64,000 nt of DNA from an uncultured delta proteobacterium (GCA_963828255.1 CAWHDZ010000031.1:1-64000); one strand, 5' to 3'. Positions 45,536 to 56,791 are shown, counted from the stretch's first letter. Notes: generated from the sequence alone by a model not told the origin. Made by a program: numbers and translations.

Positions 45536-47392
45536 ATGAAGCGCTCCCTCACCGTCCTCCTCGCGATCCCGCTCCTCCTCGGCTCGGCGTCCGCGCAGAC
45601 CATCGCGCCGACCCTGACGCCCCCGTCCACCACCACGCTCACCCAGTCCGAGATGGACCAGAAGATCCAGGACGCGGTGGAGAAGGAGGTCGCCAAGGTG
45701 AAGGAGCAGCTGCGCGACGAGGTCCGCGCCGAGATCCAGGGCGCACAGTCGGCGGCCGAGTTCCTGGGCGAGCAGGAGGGGACGAAGAAGCTCCACTTCG
45801 TCGAGCTGAACGGCTACTTCCGTTTCCGCTGGGACCTCTTCAACAACCTGAACGGCGGCATGCCCGCCGACCCCATGGGCTGGTACCTCTGGGGCGGCAA
45901 CACCCAGATCTCGCCCAACCTCCCCGGCGGGACGCAGACCGGCGGGAACATGCGCCTGCGCGTCGAGCCCACCTTCAACGTCTCGGAGCAGGTCCGGGTG
46001 AAGGCCCAGATCGACCTCCTCGACAACGTGGTGCTCGGGTCCACGCCCACCGGGCGCGACTACAACCTCTACTCCTTCACCTCGAGCAGCCAGGTCTCGC
46101 CCATCGCCGGCCAAAACTGGTTCACCGGCGCCATCCAGGTGAAGCGGGCCTGGGGCGAGGTGCAGACGCCGGTGGGGCTGCTCAGCTTCGGCCGCATGCC
46201 GGCCAGCTGGGGCGCGGGCATCTACTACAACGCCGGCGGGGGCATCGACCAGGACTTCGGCGACAACGTGGACCGCATCCAGTTCTCCATCCCGCTCGGC
46301 CAGTTCCTGGGCGGCCTGGCCGTCACGCCCTACTACGAGTGGGCCGGCTCGGGCATCACCTACGCGAGCACATTCAACACGGTGGGGATCGGCCAGCCCG
46401 TCGACTGGACCCAGGACGACGACGCCGGGGCCATCGGGATCATGGCGGCCCGGACCGACACGCCCGACCAGGAGCGGCGCAAGCTGGACAAGGGCGGCAC
46501 GAGCCTCTCCTACGGCCTGCTCTTCAACTACAAGTCGCAGCGCTTCGGCCTGCCCGCGCTCTCCTTCAATTCCGCCGGCGTCCCCGTGTCGCCCGGCTCG
46601 GTCGTGCCCGGCGCCACGGGCTCCCCCGTGGTGCTCGTGAACCGCGACGCCAGCGCCGGCACCCTCGACCTCTTCGTCCGCTGGGTCGGCAAGCGGTTCG
46701 AGATCCAGGCCGAGGGGATCGGCATCTACGGGAGCATCGGGAACGTCGGCTGGGATCCGGCGGCGGTCGCGGTCCCGGCCACCATCCGCCAGGGCGCCGG
46801 CATGCTGCGCGGCGAGGCCAAGATCGGCGACGGCGGGCGCTTCCACGTGGGCGGCGAGTTCGGCATCGCCAGCGGCGATCGGGCCCCCGGCTTCGGCAAC
46901 TTCCCGGGGCGCTGCAACCTCACGCTGGCCCCCGCCGACCCGCTGCGGTGCGGCCAGGTGGCGCTTCCCGGCTCCATCGACGGGAACCAGGTCGGGGCCT
47001 CCTACCCGACCCTCAACAACTACCGGTTCAACCCGGCCTACCAGGTGGACCTGATCCTCTGGCGCCGCATCCTCGGCACGGTCACCGACGCCTGGTACGT
47101 GAAGCCCACCTTCAAGTGGGACGTCCTCGACGGGCTCAGCGTGGCCGCCCAGGTGGTCTACTCGCAGGCCATCTTCGCCGAGTCCACGCCCTCGCAGGTG
47201 AACAAGGCGCTGGGCCTCGAGCTCGACCTGGGAGTGAAGTACCAGTCGGACGACGGGTTCGTGTTCTTCCTCGACTACGGACTGCTCAAGATGCTCTCCG
47301 GCTTCGACATGACGACCACGAACGGAACCGTGACCTCCAGCCCGGGCGGGGTGGCGCAGAACATCCACGCCGGCCTCGGCATCGTCTTCTAG
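45536..47392 (+). CDS. Outer-membrane beta-barrel protein (myxobacterial TIGR04551-like)
   Basis: Signal peptide; NGYFRFR, NMRLRVEP, QIDLLDNVVLGSTP, FGRMPASWGAG, FNPAYQVDLILWR; C-terminal Phe. Confidence 0.8.
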   Translation: MKRSLTVLLAIPLLLGSASAQTIAPTLTPPSTTTLTQSEMDQKIQDAVEKEVAKVKEQLRDEVRAEIQGAQSAAEFLGEQEGTKKLHFVELNGYFRFRWDLFNNLNGGMPADPMGWYLWGGNTQISPNLPGGTQTGGNMRLRVEPTFNVSEQVRVKAQIDLLDNVVLGSTPTGRDYNLYSFTSSSQVSPIAGQNWFTGAIQVKRAWGEVQTPVGLLSFGRMPASWGAGIYYNAGGGIDQDFGDNVDRIQFSIPLGQFLGGLAVTPYYEWAGSGITYASTFNTVGIGQPVDWTQDDDAGAIGIMAARTDTPDQERRKLDKGGTSLSYGLLFNYKSQRFGLPALSFNSAGVPVSPGSVVPGATGSPVVLVNRDASAGTLDLFVRWVGKRFEIQAEGIGIYGSIGNVGWDPAAVAVPATIRQGAGMLRGEAKIGDGGRFHVGGEFGIASGDRAPGFGNFPGRCNLTLAPADPLRCGQVALPGSIDGNQVGASYPTLNNYRFNPAYQVDLILWRRILGTVTDAWYVKPTFKWDVLDGLSVAAQVVYSQAIFAESTPSQVNKALGLELDLGVKYQSDDGFVFFLDYGLLKMLSGFDMTTTNGTVTSSPGGVAQNIHAGLGIVF

Positions 47393-47796
47393 CCGGTCAC
47401 GACCGTCCGGACCTGGAAGGCGGGCTGGGCCTGGATGGCCCGCTTCACCGAGCACTGATCGGCGACCCGGACCAGCGCCTCCCGGTACTTCTCCGGGAAG
47501 GCGGCCGGGACCTCGATGTCGAGGTCCACGCCGGTGAGGGCGCCGTCCTCGCCGTGGTGGAGCCGCTCGACGATGCGGATCCCCTCGGTGGAGAGGCCGC
47601 GCTTCTGGCAGAACCCCACCACGAAGATCCCGGCGCAGGTTCCCATCGACGCGGCGAAGAGCGCGAACGGGGTCGGGGCCGAGTTCTCGCCTCCCCCCTG
47701 CGCGGGCTGGTCGGTCCGCACGACGTGCCCGCCGACCTGCGCATCCACCCGCTTGCCGCCCGGGAACGTCACCACGATCTCCGATTCGCCGGCCAT
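47389..47796 (-). CDS. OsmC family protein
   Basis: TDQP...GGENSAPTPFALFAASMGTC, DQCSVKRAI. Confidence 0.88.
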   Translation of the reverse strand: MAGESEIVVTFPGGKRVDAQVGGHVVRTDQPAQGGGENSAPTPFALFAASMGTCAGIFVVGFCQKRGLSTEGIRIVERLHHGEDGALTGVDLDIEVPAAFPEKYREALVRVADQCSVKRAIQAQPAFQVRTVVTG

Positions 47797-47892
47797 GGAC
47801 CACCTCCGTGAAGTGGCCCCGGGGATCCTGGGGCCTCGGGGGGTTGGAGCCAAGGGCGCAGATGGGGATTCTTTGATAGCCTCCGGCGTCGA

Positions 47893-49311
47893 ATGAAGAA
47901 GACGAAGCGAGCCCCCGCCACCCGGAAGCCTCGGCCCGTCTCCCGCGCAGCCCTCTCCGGCGAGGCCGATCCCCGCCTGGTCCGGATGTCGGTCTCCATC
48001 CAGGACGACGCCGCCCTTCACTCCCAGGACATCCGCGGCAGCCAGGCCCACGTGGCCATGCTGGCCGCCCAGGGGATCGTCCCACCCGCCGTGGCCCGCA
48101 AGATCCGGCGCGGCCTCGACCAGGTCCGGCGCGAGTTCGAGCAGGGGGCCATCCGCCACGACCCGCGGCTCGAGGACGTGCACACCCACGCCGAGCGGCG
48201 CCTGGGGGAGATCGTGGGGCGCGCCGCCGGCTACCTGCACGCCGGCCGGAGCCGCAACGATCAGGTGGCCCTCGACGAGCGGCTCTTCATCGTCGAGGCC
48301 TGCGATCGCGCCAGCCAGGCGCTGGCTGGCCTCATGCGGTCGCTCCTCGGGCAGGCGCGGCGCCACGAGAAGACGCTCCTCCCCGGGTACACCCACCTCC
48401 AGCGGGCCCAGCCGGTCTCGCTGGCCCACCACCTGCTCGCCCACGTGGAGATGCTGGGGCGGGACCGGGAGCGCCTCGCGGAGGTGCGCCGCCGCGCCGC
48501 CATCTCGCCGCTGGGCTCGGGCGCGCTGGCCGGAACCACGCTCAGGCTCGACCGGGAGCGGGTGGCCCGGGATCTCGGCCTCGACGGCGTCACCCGCAAC
48601 TCGCTCGACGCGGTCTCCGACCGCGACTCCGCCATCGAGCTCTGCTTCGCCTGCGCGCTCTGCGCCGTGCACCTCTCCCGCCTCGGCGAGGAGATCGTGC
48701 TCTGGACCACCCGCGAGTTCGGCTTCATGGAGCTCGACGACTCCTTCGCCACCGGCAGCTCGCTCATGCCGCAGAAGAAGAACTCCGACGTCGCCGAGCT
48801 GGCCCGGGGCCGGGCCGGCACCGCCATCGGCGACCTGGTCGCGCTGCTCGCCATCGTGAAGAGCCTGCCGCTGGCCTACAACCGCGACATGCAGGAGGAC
48901 AAGCGGCCACTGCTGGGCGCGCCGCGGATGCTGGTCGAGACGCTCGACGCGCTCGCCGGCGCGGTCGAGACCGCCCGGTTCCAGCCGGAGCGCATGCGCG
49001 CGGCGCTGGAAGGGGGCGAGTCGCTCGCCACCGACGCGGCCGAGTGGCTGGTCGAGCGGGGCGTGCCCTTCCGGGAGGCCCACGAGGCGGTGGGCAAGGC
49101 GGCGGCCTTCGCGTCCTCGTCCGGGCGGCCGCTGGCTGGACTCACCGTCGCCCAGTGGCGATCCTTCCACCCGCGCTTCGACCGCGGCGTGATCCGCTGC
49201 TTCGACCCGGAGCGGAGCGTGGCCCGGCGGGACCTCCCCGGCGGCCCGGCGCCGCGCAGGGTGGCCGCCGAGCTCCGGCGCTGGGAGAAGCTGCTCGGGA
49301 GGGCGCGGTGA
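47893..49311 (+). CDS. argH: Argininosuccinate lyase
   Basis: [40 protein letters not shown]. Confidence 0.96.
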   Translation: MKKTKRAPATRKPRPVSRAALSGEADPRLVRMSVSIQDDAALHSQDIRGSQAHVAMLAAQGIVPPAVARKIRRGLDQVRREFEQGAIRHDPRLEDVHTHAERRLGEIVGRAAGYLHAGRSRNDQVALDERLFIVEACDRASQALAGLMRSLLGQARRHEKTLLPGYTHLQRAQPVSLAHHLLAHVEMLGRDRERLAEVRRRAAISPLGSGALAGTTLRLDRERVARDLGLDGVTRNSLDAVSDRDSAIELCFACALCAVHLSRLGEEIVLWTTREFGFMELDDSFATGSSLMPQKKNSDVAELARGRAGTAIGDLVALLAIVKSLPLAYNRDMQEDKRPLLGAPRMLVETLDALAGAVETARFQPERMRAALEGGESLATDAAEWLVERGVPFREAHEAVGKAAAFASSSGRPLAGLTVAQWRSFHPRFDRGVIRCFDPERSVARRDLPGGPAPRRVAAELRRWEKLLGRAR

Positions 49312-49460
49312 GGGCCCGCACCGCCCGGCCTCCCCTGGCGGCGGGTCTCGCCCTGGCCGCCGCCCTCCTCGTCGCACTGGCCGGATGCGGGGTGAAGGCG
49401 CCTCCGCGGCCGGCGGCATCGGCGGGCGTCGAGGGCGCCCCGGCCGGGAGCGCCAGATGA
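49308..49460 (+). CDS. Small lipoprotein (LptM/LppL-like)
   Basis: GTGA and ATGA overlaps with argH and lys[11 protein letters not shown]; typical position directly upstream of lysA. Confidence 0.65.
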   Translation: MRARTARPPLAAGLALAAALLVALAGCGVKAPPRPAASAGVEGAPAGSAR

Positions 49461-50740
49461 ACCACTTCCAGAGAAGGCTCGGGTCGCTTCACGCGGAGAA
49501 GATCCCGCTCGACGGGCTGGCCCGCGCCTACGGCACGCCGCTCTACGTCTACTCGGCGGCCACCCTGCGCCGGCACTGGAAGGTGCTCGACCGGTCGCTC
49601 TCCGGCCTGCGCCACCTGGTCTGCTACGCCACCAAGGCCAACGGGAACCTGGCCATCCTCGACCTGCTGGCCCGCATGGGTGCGGGCTTCGACATCGTCT
49701 CCGGGGGGGAGCTGTACCGGGTCCTCAAGGCCGGGGGCGACCCGCACAAGGTGGTCTTCTCGGGCGTGGGCAAGACCGACGAGGAGATCGCCTTCGCTTT
49801 GTCACAGGGAGTGAAGTGCCTCAACGTGGAGAGCGGGCCGGAGCTGGCCCGGGTCTCGGTGGTGGCCCGGCGGCTCGGCCTGCGCGCCCCCGTGGCGCTC
49901 CGGGTGAACCCGGACGTGGACCCGAAGACCCACCCGTACATCGCCACAGGCCTGAAGAAGTCCAAGTTCGGGGTCTCGGTGGACGACGCCCGGCGCCTCT
50001 ACGGCCTGGCCGCCGGAGACCCGGCCCTCGACGTCCGGGGCCTGGCCTGCCACATCGGCTCCCAGATCACGACGGTGGTCCCCTTCCTCGACGCCATCGC
50101 CCGGGTGCGGAAGCTGGCCGGCGAGCTCTCCCGGGCCGGGATCCACCTGCGCCACCTCGACATCGGCGGGGGGCTGGGGATCCAGTACAAGGACGAGAAC
50201 CCCCCGCACCCCGACGAGTACGGGGCCGCCGTGAAGCGGGCCATGAAGGGGTTCCGGGGCGAGGTGATCCTCGAGCCCGGCCGGGTGCTGGTGGGAAACG
50301 CCGGCGTCCTCCTCACCCGGGTCCTCTACGTGAAGGCGAGCGGCCGGAAGCGCTTCGCCGTCGTGGACGCAGCCATGAACGACCTGGTCCGGCCCAGCCT
50401 CTACGGCGCCCACCACGACATCGAGCAGGTCGGGGCCGCGGGCCGCCCGGCCGGGACCGTGGACGTGGTCGGCCCGGTCTGCGAGTCCTCCGACTTCCTG
50501 GCCCAGGGGCGGAGGATGCCGGTCCCGGAGGCCGGCGACCTGCTCTGCGTCCGCTCGGCGGGGGCCTACGGGTTCTCCATGTCCTCGAACTACAACGCCC
50601 GTCCCCGCTCGGCCGAGGTCCTGGTGGACGGGGACACGGCCTACCTGGTGCGGAAGCGGGAGACCTGGCCCGACCTGGTCCGCGGGGAGAAGGCTCGTCC
50701 GTCCGGTCGGCGGTTCCCGGCCCCCCGCCGGATCGGCTAG
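49457..50740 (+). CDS. lysA: Diaminopimelate decarboxylase
   Basis: YGTPLYVY, YATKAN, SKFG, HIGSQI, EPGR, GPVCESSD, GAYGFSMSSNYN. Confidence 0.96.
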   Translation: MNHFQRRLGSLHAEKIPLDGLARAYGTPLYVYSAATLRRHWKVLDRSLSGLRHLVCYATKANGNLAILDLLARMGAGFDIVSGGELYRVLKAGGDPHKVVFSGVGKTDEEIAFALSQGVKCLNVESGPELARVSVVARRLGLRAPVALRVNPDVDPKTHPYIATGLKKSKFGVSVDDARRLYGLAAGDPALDVRGLACHIGSQITTVVPFLDAIARVRKLAGELSRAGIHLRHLDIGGGLGIQYKDENPPHPDEYGAAVKRAMKGFRGEVILEPGRVLVGNAGVLLTRVLYVKASGRKRFAVVDAAMNDLVRPSLYGAHHDIEQVGAAGRPAGTVDVVGPVCESSDFLAQGRRMPVPEAGDLLCVRSAGAYGFSMSSNYNARPRSAEVLVDGDTAYLVRKRETWPDLVRGEKARPSGRRFPAPRRIG

Positions 50741-50771
50741 AGTCGTCACCCCACTTTCGCGGAGGAACACC

Positions 50772-51659
50772 ATGAAGCTCCAGGGCGCGATGGTCGCCAT
50801 CGTCACGCCGCTCCGGGACGACGAGCCCGACCTGGGCTCGCTCGCCGAGCTGGTCGAGTGGCAGATCCGGGAGGGGACCGACGGCATCGTCCCCTGCGGG
50901 ACCACCGGGGAGGGCGCCACGCTCACGCTGAAGGAGCGGGCCGACGTCATCCGCACCTGCGTCGAGACGGCGCGCGGCCGGGTCAAGATCATCGCCGGCG
51001 CGGGCTCCAACTCCACCGCCGAGGCCGTGGACGGGGTCAGGCTCGCCAGGCAGCTCGGCGCCGATGCCGCACTGGTGGTGACGCCGTACTACAACAAGCC
51101 CACCCAGGAAGGGCTCTACCGGCACTACATGAAGCTCTGGGACGCGGTGGGCTTCCCGGTGGTGGCCTACAACGTGCCCAGCCGCACCTCGGTGGACCTC
51201 CTTCCCGAGACGGTGGAGCGGCTCGTCAAGGCGGGCGCCATCGCCGGCATCAAGGAGGCCACCGCCAGCATGGAGCGGCAGGTCCAGCTCGTCGAGCGCT
51301 GCGGGAGGGACTCCATCTCCTACCTGTCCGGCGACGACTTCACGGTGCTGCCCTACCTCGCCTGCGGCGGCCACGGCGTCATCTCGGTGATCGGCAACAT
51401 CGCCCCCCGGGCCATGAAGGAGCTGGTCGTCGCCGCCCTTCGGGGCGACCACGCCGCCGCCCTCTCCAAGCAGGTGGCCATGGCCGAGCTCAACCGGGTC
51501 ATGTTCGTCGAGACCAACCCGGGCCCGGTGAAGGCCGCGGTGGCCCTGCTCGGGAAGGCCGGGCCGGAGATCCGGCTGCCGCTCTGGCAGGTCTCGCCGG
51601 GAAGCCTCGTGAAGATCCGCGACGCCATGGTCCGCTTCGGCCTGGTCGTGGCCGCCTGA
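50772..51659 (+). CDS. dapA: 4-hydroxy-tetrahydrodipicolinate synthase
   Basis: [32 protein letters not shown]. Confidence 0.96.
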   Translation: MKLQGAMVAIVTPLRDDEPDLGSLAELVEWQIREGTDGIVPCGTTGEGATLTLKERADVIRTCVETARGRVKIIAGAGSNSTAEAVDGVRLARQLGADAALVVTPYYNKPTQEGLYRHYMKLWDAVGFPVVAYNVPSRTSVDLLPETVERLVKAGAIAGIKEATASMERQVQLVERCGRDSISYLSGDDFTVLPYLACGGHGVISVIGNIAPRAMKELVVAALRGDHAAALSKQVAMAELNRVMFVETNPGPVKAAVALLGKAGPEIRLPLWQVSPGSLVKIRDAMVRFGLVVAA

Positions 51660-51699
51660 TCCGCCGCCGGCCGCGGCGCCCGCTCCATCGGAGGTGCGC

Positions 51700-52515
51700 A
51701 TGGTGAACGTGATCGTGACCGGGGTGGCCGGCCGCATGGGCGGCCAGATCCTGCGGATGATGCGCGCCGACGAGCGCGTCCGCCTGGTGGGCGCGGTGGA
51801 GCGCCCGGGATGGTCGGGGCCGGGGGACGCCGGCGAGGCGGCCGGGATCCCCTCCATCGGCCTGCCGGTGACAGACGACCTGGCCGCGCTGCTCTCCAGG
51901 GTGAAGGCCGACGTGGTCGTCGATTTCACCAGCCACGAGGCCTCGGTGCGCAACACCGCGGCGGCGGCCGGCGCCGGGGTGGCCATGGTGATCGGCTCCA
52001 CCGGGTTCCAGGCCGACGGCAAGGCCCGGCTCCGGGAGCTCTCGGCCCGCATCCCGGTGGTGCTCTCGCCCAACATGAGCGTGGGCGTGAACGTGATGTT
52101 CGCGCTGGTGGCCCAGGCGGCGCGGGCCCTGGGAGACGCCTACGACGTGGAGATCGTGGAGATGCACCACGGCAAGAAGAAGGACGCGCCCAGCGGGACG
52201 GCGGTGCGGCTCGCCGAGGTGGCCGCCGACGCGCTCGGGCGCGATGCGGCCAAGGACGTGGTCTACGCGCGCCACGGGATGATCGGCGAGCGGACCCCCC
52301 GCGAGATCGGCGTCATGACCCTGCGGGGCGGCGACGTGGTGGGGGAGCACACCGTCTACTTCGCCGGGCAGGGGGAGCGGCTCGAGGTCACCCACCGGGC
52401 CACCTCCCGCGACCAGTTCGCGCGCGGCGCGCTCCTTGCTGCACTCTGGGTGAAAGGACGGGCGCCGGGAATGTACGACATGCACGACGTGCTGGGCCTG
52501 CGGGGTGCCCCGTGA
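51700..52515 (+). CDS. dapB: 4-hydroxy-tetrahydrodipicolinate reductase
   Basis: [32 protein letters not shown]. Confidence 0.96.
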   Translation: MVNVIVTGVAGRMGGQILRMMRADERVRLVGAVERPGWSGPGDAGEAAGIPSIGLPVTDDLAALLSRVKADVVVDFTSHEASVRNTAAAAGAGVAMVIGSTGFQADGKARLRELSARIPVVLSPNMSVGVNVMFALVAQAARALGDAYDVEIVEMHHGKKKDAPSGTAVRLAEVAADALGRDAAKDVVYARHGMIGERTPREIGVMTLRGGDVVGEHTVYFAGQGERLEVTHRATSRDQFARGALLAALWVKGRAPGMYDMHDVLGLRGAP

Positions 52516-53264
52516 GGACCTGCCGGTTCACCCGCCAGGGGAGGGAGCAGCACGGCGTCGTCGAGGGAGCCGAGGTCCGCGCCCTCACCGCGGCGCCCTG
52601 GGACGGCGGGCTCGCCGGGGGGCCGCGCTTCCCCTTCTCCGAGATCACGCTGCTCGCCCCGGTCCTCCCCAGCAAGGTGGTCTGCGTCGGGCGCAACTAC
52701 CGGGCCCACGCCAGGGAGCTCGGCAACGAGGTCCCCAAGGAGCCGCTGCTCTTCATCAAGCCGTCCACCGCGGTGATCGGTCCCATGCAGGAGATCCGCA
52801 TCCCCGAGGCGTCGAAGGAGGTGCACCACGAGGCCGAGCTGGCGGCCGTGATCGGGCGCACCCTCACCCGCGGGAGCGCCGTGGAGGCGCGCGAGGCCAT
52901 CTTCGGCTGGACCTGCCTGAACGACGTGTCGGCTCGGGACATCCAGCGGGCCGAGGCCCACTTCACCCGCGCCAAGTCCTACGACACCTTCTGCCCCGTC
53001 GGCCCCTTCGTCGAGACCAACCTCGACCCCATGGACCAGGTGGTCATCTGCCGCGTGAACGGCGAGCAGCGGCAGCGCGGCTCGACCCGCGACATGGTGG
53101 TGGACCCGTACGCGCTGGTGGCCTTCATCTCGCAGGTCATGACGCTGCTCCCCGGCGATCTCGTCTCCACCGGCACGCCGGAGGGGGTCGGGCCCATCCG
53201 GCGCGGCGACTGGGTCGAGATCGAGGTCTCCGGGGTGGGCGTCCTCAAGAACCCGGTGGTGTGA
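52512..53264 (+). CDS. Fumarylacetoacetate hydrolase family protein
   Basis: [37 protein letters not shown]. Confidence 0.92.
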   Translation: MRTCRFTRQGREQHGVVEGAEVRALTAAPWDGGLAGGPRFPFSEITLLAPVLPSKVVCVGRNYRAHARELGNEVPKEPLLFIKPSTAVIGPMQEIRIPEASKEVHHEAELAAVIGRTLTRGSAVEAREAIFGWTCLNDVSARDIQRAEAHFTRAKSYDTFCPVGPFVETNLDPMDQVVICRVNGEQRQRGSTRDMVVDPYALVAFISQVMTLLPGDLVSTGTPEGVGPIRRGDWVEIEVSGVGVLKNPVV

Positions 53265-53271
53265 GGGATCC

Positions 53272-53760
53272 ATGCGCGCCTACGTCGCCGTGGGGTCGAA
53301 CCTGGGGGACCGGTGGGCGCGGCTCGCCCAGGCCGCGCGCGCGCTCAGGGCCGCGCCCGGGGTGGCCGTGGTGCGGGGCTCGCGGGTCTGGGACGCGGCG
53401 CCGGTCGGGCCGCCGCAGCCGCGCTACCTGAACGCGGTGCTCGAGCTCGAGACCACCTGCACGCCCGGGGCGCTGCTCGCGCTCCTCCGCCAGGTGGAGC
53501 AGGCGGCGGGCCGGACCCGCGACGTCCACTGGGGGGCCCGGACCCTCGATCTCGACCTGCTGCTCTTCGGGGATCTCACGGTGCGTGAACCCGGCCTCAC
53601 CGTCCCGCACCCCGGGATGGAGTCGCGCCGCTTCGTGCTGGCGCCGCTGGCCGAGCTGCACCCGGAGCTGGTCGTGCCCGGGACGGGCCTCCGGGTCTCG
53701 AGGCTGCTCGAGGAGTCGCCGGAGCTCGACCTCGAGCCGGTGGGCGGGTATCCGCTCTGA
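53272..53760 (+). CDS. folK: 2-amino-4-hydroxy-6-hydroxymethyldihydropteridine diphosphokinase
   Basis: VGSNLGD, YLNAV, WGARTLDLDLL, PHP...RRFVLAPL. Confidence 0.95.
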   Translation: MRAYVAVGSNLGDRWARLAQAARALRAAPGVAVVRGSRVWDAAPVGPPQPRYLNAVLELETTCTPGALLALLRQVEQAAGRTRDVHWGARTLDLDLLLFGDLTVREPGLTVPHPGMESRRFVLAPLAELHPELVVPGTGLRVSRLLEESPELDLEPVGGYPL

Positions 53761-53767
53761 GTTCGCC

Positions 53768-54352
53768 GTGCGCGCGCTCCTCCGCCTCGGCCCGTACGCC
53801 CTCCTCGCCGCCGTGGCGGCCGGTCTCGCCGTGCGGTGGGACGACCTTCCGGCCCGCTACCCGGTGCACTGGGGACCCAGGGGCGTGGTGTGGGCCAGCC
53901 TATCGGTCCGCTCCGTGGGCGCGCCGCTCCTCATGGGTCTCGTGGCCGTCGTCTGGGCAGGCGGGCTGCGCCGGTTCTTCCTTGCCAACTCGTCCCCGGC
54001 ACCGGACCCGTCCCGGGCGCGAAGGCTCCTCGTCGCGGTCACGGCGGCGATGCAGTGGTTCCTCGCCCTCCTGTTCGGGCTCGCAGCGATCCCCCGCCAG
54101 GGTCCGGGTCTCGTGATCGCTGGGGCGGGGATCGGGTTCCTCCTGATGCCGCTGGCCCTCCTCGCCACCTACGCCGGGAAGCCCCCGCCCCCGGAAGCCG
54201 AGCCGCCCCCGCCGCCGGACGGCTGGCTCCTCGTGCCGCGCGAGAACGGAGCCGGCTACTCCATCCGTCCGGGACACCCGCGCGCCTGGCAGGCGATCGC
54301 GCTCGTCGCGGCCGGCCCGCTCGCGATCATCGCCGTCGCGATGGCGACGTGA
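53768..54352 (+). CDS. DUF1648/SdpI-like membrane protein
   Basis: WDDLPARYPVHW motif; several transmembrane helices. Confidence 0.7.
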   Translation: MRALLRLGPYALLAAVAAGLAVRWDDLPARYPVHWGPRGVVWASLSVRSVGAPLLMGLVAVVWAGGLRRFFLANSSPAPDPSRARRLLVAVTAAMQWFLALLFGLAAIPRQGPGLVIAGAGIGFLLMPLALLATYAGKPPPPEAEPPPPPDGWLLVPRENGAGYSIRPGHPRAWQAIALVAAGPLAIIAVAMAT

Positions 54353-54998
54353 CGGCTGCCAGCGCGCGCCCCGCCGCGATCACCTTCTCCACCGCCCGCG
54401 CCGGCAAGGGCTCGCACGAGCCCATCGCCCGGGCCTTCGCCGCCACCTCGCAGACCCGCTCCAGCGTCTCCATCCGGTCGAGGGCCTGGAAGAGGTCCTT
54501 CCCCAGCGCCAGCGCGCCGTGCCGCTCGAGGAGGATCACGTCGTGCCCCTTCCAGAAGGGGGCGAGCGAGGCCGGGAGCTCGTCGGTGCCGGGGGTCGCG
54601 AAGGGGGCCAGGGCGATGCGCCCCAGCACCAGGACCGCTTCGGGAAGGAGGTCGTTGGGCGGCGCGACGCCGGCGACCGTGAAGGCCACCGCCGTGAGCG
54701 GGTGGGCGTGCACGACCGCCGCGACGTCGGGACGGGCCGCGTAGGCCGCGAGGTGCATGCGCAGCTCCGTGGACGGGCGCCCGCGGCCGCGGAGCCGCTT
54801 CCCGGAGAGGTCCACGACCGTGAGGTCGGCAGGCCGGATGTGCCCCTTGTTCGCCCCCGAGGGTGTCACCAGGAGCCGGTCCTTGCCCAGCCGGCAGGAG
54901 ACGTTTCCCTCGCCGGCGCCGATGAGGCGGCGGTCGTGCATGCGGCGGCAGACCTCGACGAGGTCGCGGCGGAGGCTGGTCTCGGTGGGCTGCGGCAT
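54327..54998 (-). CDS. Class II aldolase/adducin family protein
   Basis: EGNVS, TPSG, STELRMH, VHAH, LERHG. Confidence 0.92.
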   Translation of the reverse strand: MPQPTETSLRRDLVEVCRRMHDRRLIGAGEGNVSCRLGKDRLLVTPSGANKGHIRPADLTVVDLSGKRLRGRGRPSTELRMHLAAYAARPDVAAVVHAHPLTAVAFTVAGVAPPNDLLPEAVLVLGRIALAPFATPGTDELPASLAPFWKGHDVILLERHGALALGKDLFQALDRMETLERVCEVAAKARAMGSCEPLPARAVEKVIAAGRALAAVTSPSRRR

Positions 54999-55051
54999 GA
55001 CGGGGGAGTCTAACCCAGGAGCCCCGGACCGGATGGTATCCTCCGGCCCCC

Positions 55052-56791
55052 ATGGATTCCCGCGCACGACGGACCACCCTGCTCGCCGCCGCGGTCGGGC
55101 TCGTGGTCGCCGCCGGGTACCTCCCCACGCTGCGCGCCGGCCTGGTCTGGGACGACACCACCTACGTCCTGGCCCAGGGCGGGCGTCACCTGGCCGGGGC
55201 GCTGACCGGCGACCTCATCGCCGGGTCGAACCCGGCCCACGGCCCGGTCGGCTACTACCGGCCGGTGCCGGTCGCCACGTTCTGGCTGGCCTCGCGCATC
55301 TCGCCGGAACCGGCGATTCATCACGCAGTGGGGGTGATCTTCCACGCCCTCGCCGCAGCGCTCCTCTTCGCGCTCCTCCTGGGCCGCCTGGGCGCAGGCG
55401 GGGAGGCGCCTTCGGTCGTGGGTGCGCTGGCCTGGGCGTTCCACCCCGCGAACGTGGAACCGGTCGCCTGGGTCTCCGGACGCTACGATCTGCTCGCCGG
55501 GCTCCTCGCCGTCGCCTTCCTCGCGCTGCCCTGGCGCCCCGGGCTCCGCCGGGCGGCGGCGCACGGGCTCCTGTTCCTGGCCGGACTCCTCTCCAAGGAG
55601 GGCTTCGTGGCGCTCGCGCCGGTCGTCCTGGTCGAGGACCTCGCGTCCCGCCGCAGCGCGCGGGAGGCCTGGCCCCGATGGGCCGCCGTGGTCCTGGCCA
55701 TCGCCGCGTGGGCTGGACTGCGTGCGGGTCTCGGGATCGCCGCGGTGGCCCCGGCGCCCCTGGCCTCACTTCCCGGCCATTACCTCTCCACGGTGGCCAC
55801 CTACCTCCTCCGCGCCGTCGCACCGCTTCCTCTCACCGTGAGCCACGGGTACGCGATGGGGAGCCCGGCCATGCTGGCGCTGGGAGGGGCCGCCGTGGCG
55901 GCGTTCCTGGCGCTGGCGCTGCGCCGACGTTCCCTGGCCGTGCCCTGCGCGATCTTCCTCGCCGGGATGGCCCCGGTCGCCATGGCGGCGGGGCGGCTCG
56001 GCCAGGCCCCCGAACGCTACTTCTACCTTCCCTCGCTGGGGCTGGCCTGGCTCCTCGCGGCGGCGCTCCAGGCCCTGGCTTCCTGGCGCCCGGCGGCCGG
56101 CCGGGCGGCGCTGGCGGCGGCCGCGCTGGCCGTCGCGGCCGGCGCGGTGGCCTCGGCGAGGCGGCTGCCGGACTGGGTCTCCGACGAGGCCCTCTTCTCG
56201 GCGGCGCTCCGCGTGGACCCGCGCGACCCGCTCGGAAACCTCTTCTTCGGGGTGGCGGCGGGACGGGCCGGCCGGCTCGACGAGGCCCGGCGGACGCTGG
56301 AGCGCGGGAGGGAAGGGGACCCGGGTTCGGCCCGCGTCGCCGGGGCGCTCGCCTGGGTCCACCTGCGCCGCGGCGACGGCCCGGCCGCGCTCGTGGAGGC
56401 CCGGCGCGCCGTCGCGCTCGCACCGGGCTTCCCGGAGGCGCGGCTCCACCTCGCGAACGCCCTTCACCTGGCGGGCGACCACCCGGGCGAGCTCGCCGAG
56501 GCCACCCGGGCGGTGGCCCTCTCTCCCCGCTACCGGGAGGCGCGCACGGTGCGTGCCTTCGCGCGATGCGAGGTGGAGCGGGATCCGGCCTGCGAGGCGG
56601 ACCTCGACGCGCTGGAGCGGGACGGGTCGCTCGCCGGAGCCGACGCCCTGGCGGCGCGGGTGGAGGCGGCCCTCTCGCGGCGCGACCCTGCCGCCGCGGG
56701 GGAGAGGGTGGCCCGCCTGCGCGGCGCCTACCCGGGCGACCGCCGGCTCCCCCAGCTGGAGCGCGCCCTGGCCACCCAGCAGCCGCGCTGA
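55052..56791 (+). CDS. TMTC-like GT-C glycosyltransferase with TPR repeats
   Basis: VWDD after TM1, YYRP, HPANVEPVAWVSGR, SKE, ERYFYLPS, followed by TPR-like helices. Confidence 0.8.
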   Translation: MDSRARRTTLLAAAVGLVVAAGYLPTLRAGLVWDDTTYVLAQGGRHLAGALTGDLIAGSNPAHGPVGYYRPVPVATFWLASRISPEPAIHHAVGVIFHALAAALLFALLLGRLGAGGEAPSVVGALAWAFHPANVEPVAWVSGRYDLLAGLLAVAFLALPWRPGLRRAAAHGLLFLAGLLSKEGFVALAPVVLVEDLASRRSAREAWPRWAAVVLAIAAWAGLRAGLGIAAVAPAPLASLPGHYLSTVATYLLRAVAPLPLTVSHGYAMGSPAMLALGGAAVAAFLALALRRRSLAVPCAIFLAGMAPVAMAAGRLGQAPERYFYLPSLGLAWLLAAALQALASWRPAAGRAALAAAALAVAAGAVASARRLPDWVSDEALFSAALRVDPRDPLGNLFFGVAAGRAGRLDEARRTLERGREGDPGSARVAGALAWVHLRRGDGPAALVEARRAVALAPGFPEARLHLANALHLAGDHPGELAEATRAVALSPRYREARTVRAFARCEVERDPACEADLDALERDGSLAGADALAARVEAALSRRDPAAAGERVARLRGAYPGDRRLPQLERALATQQPR

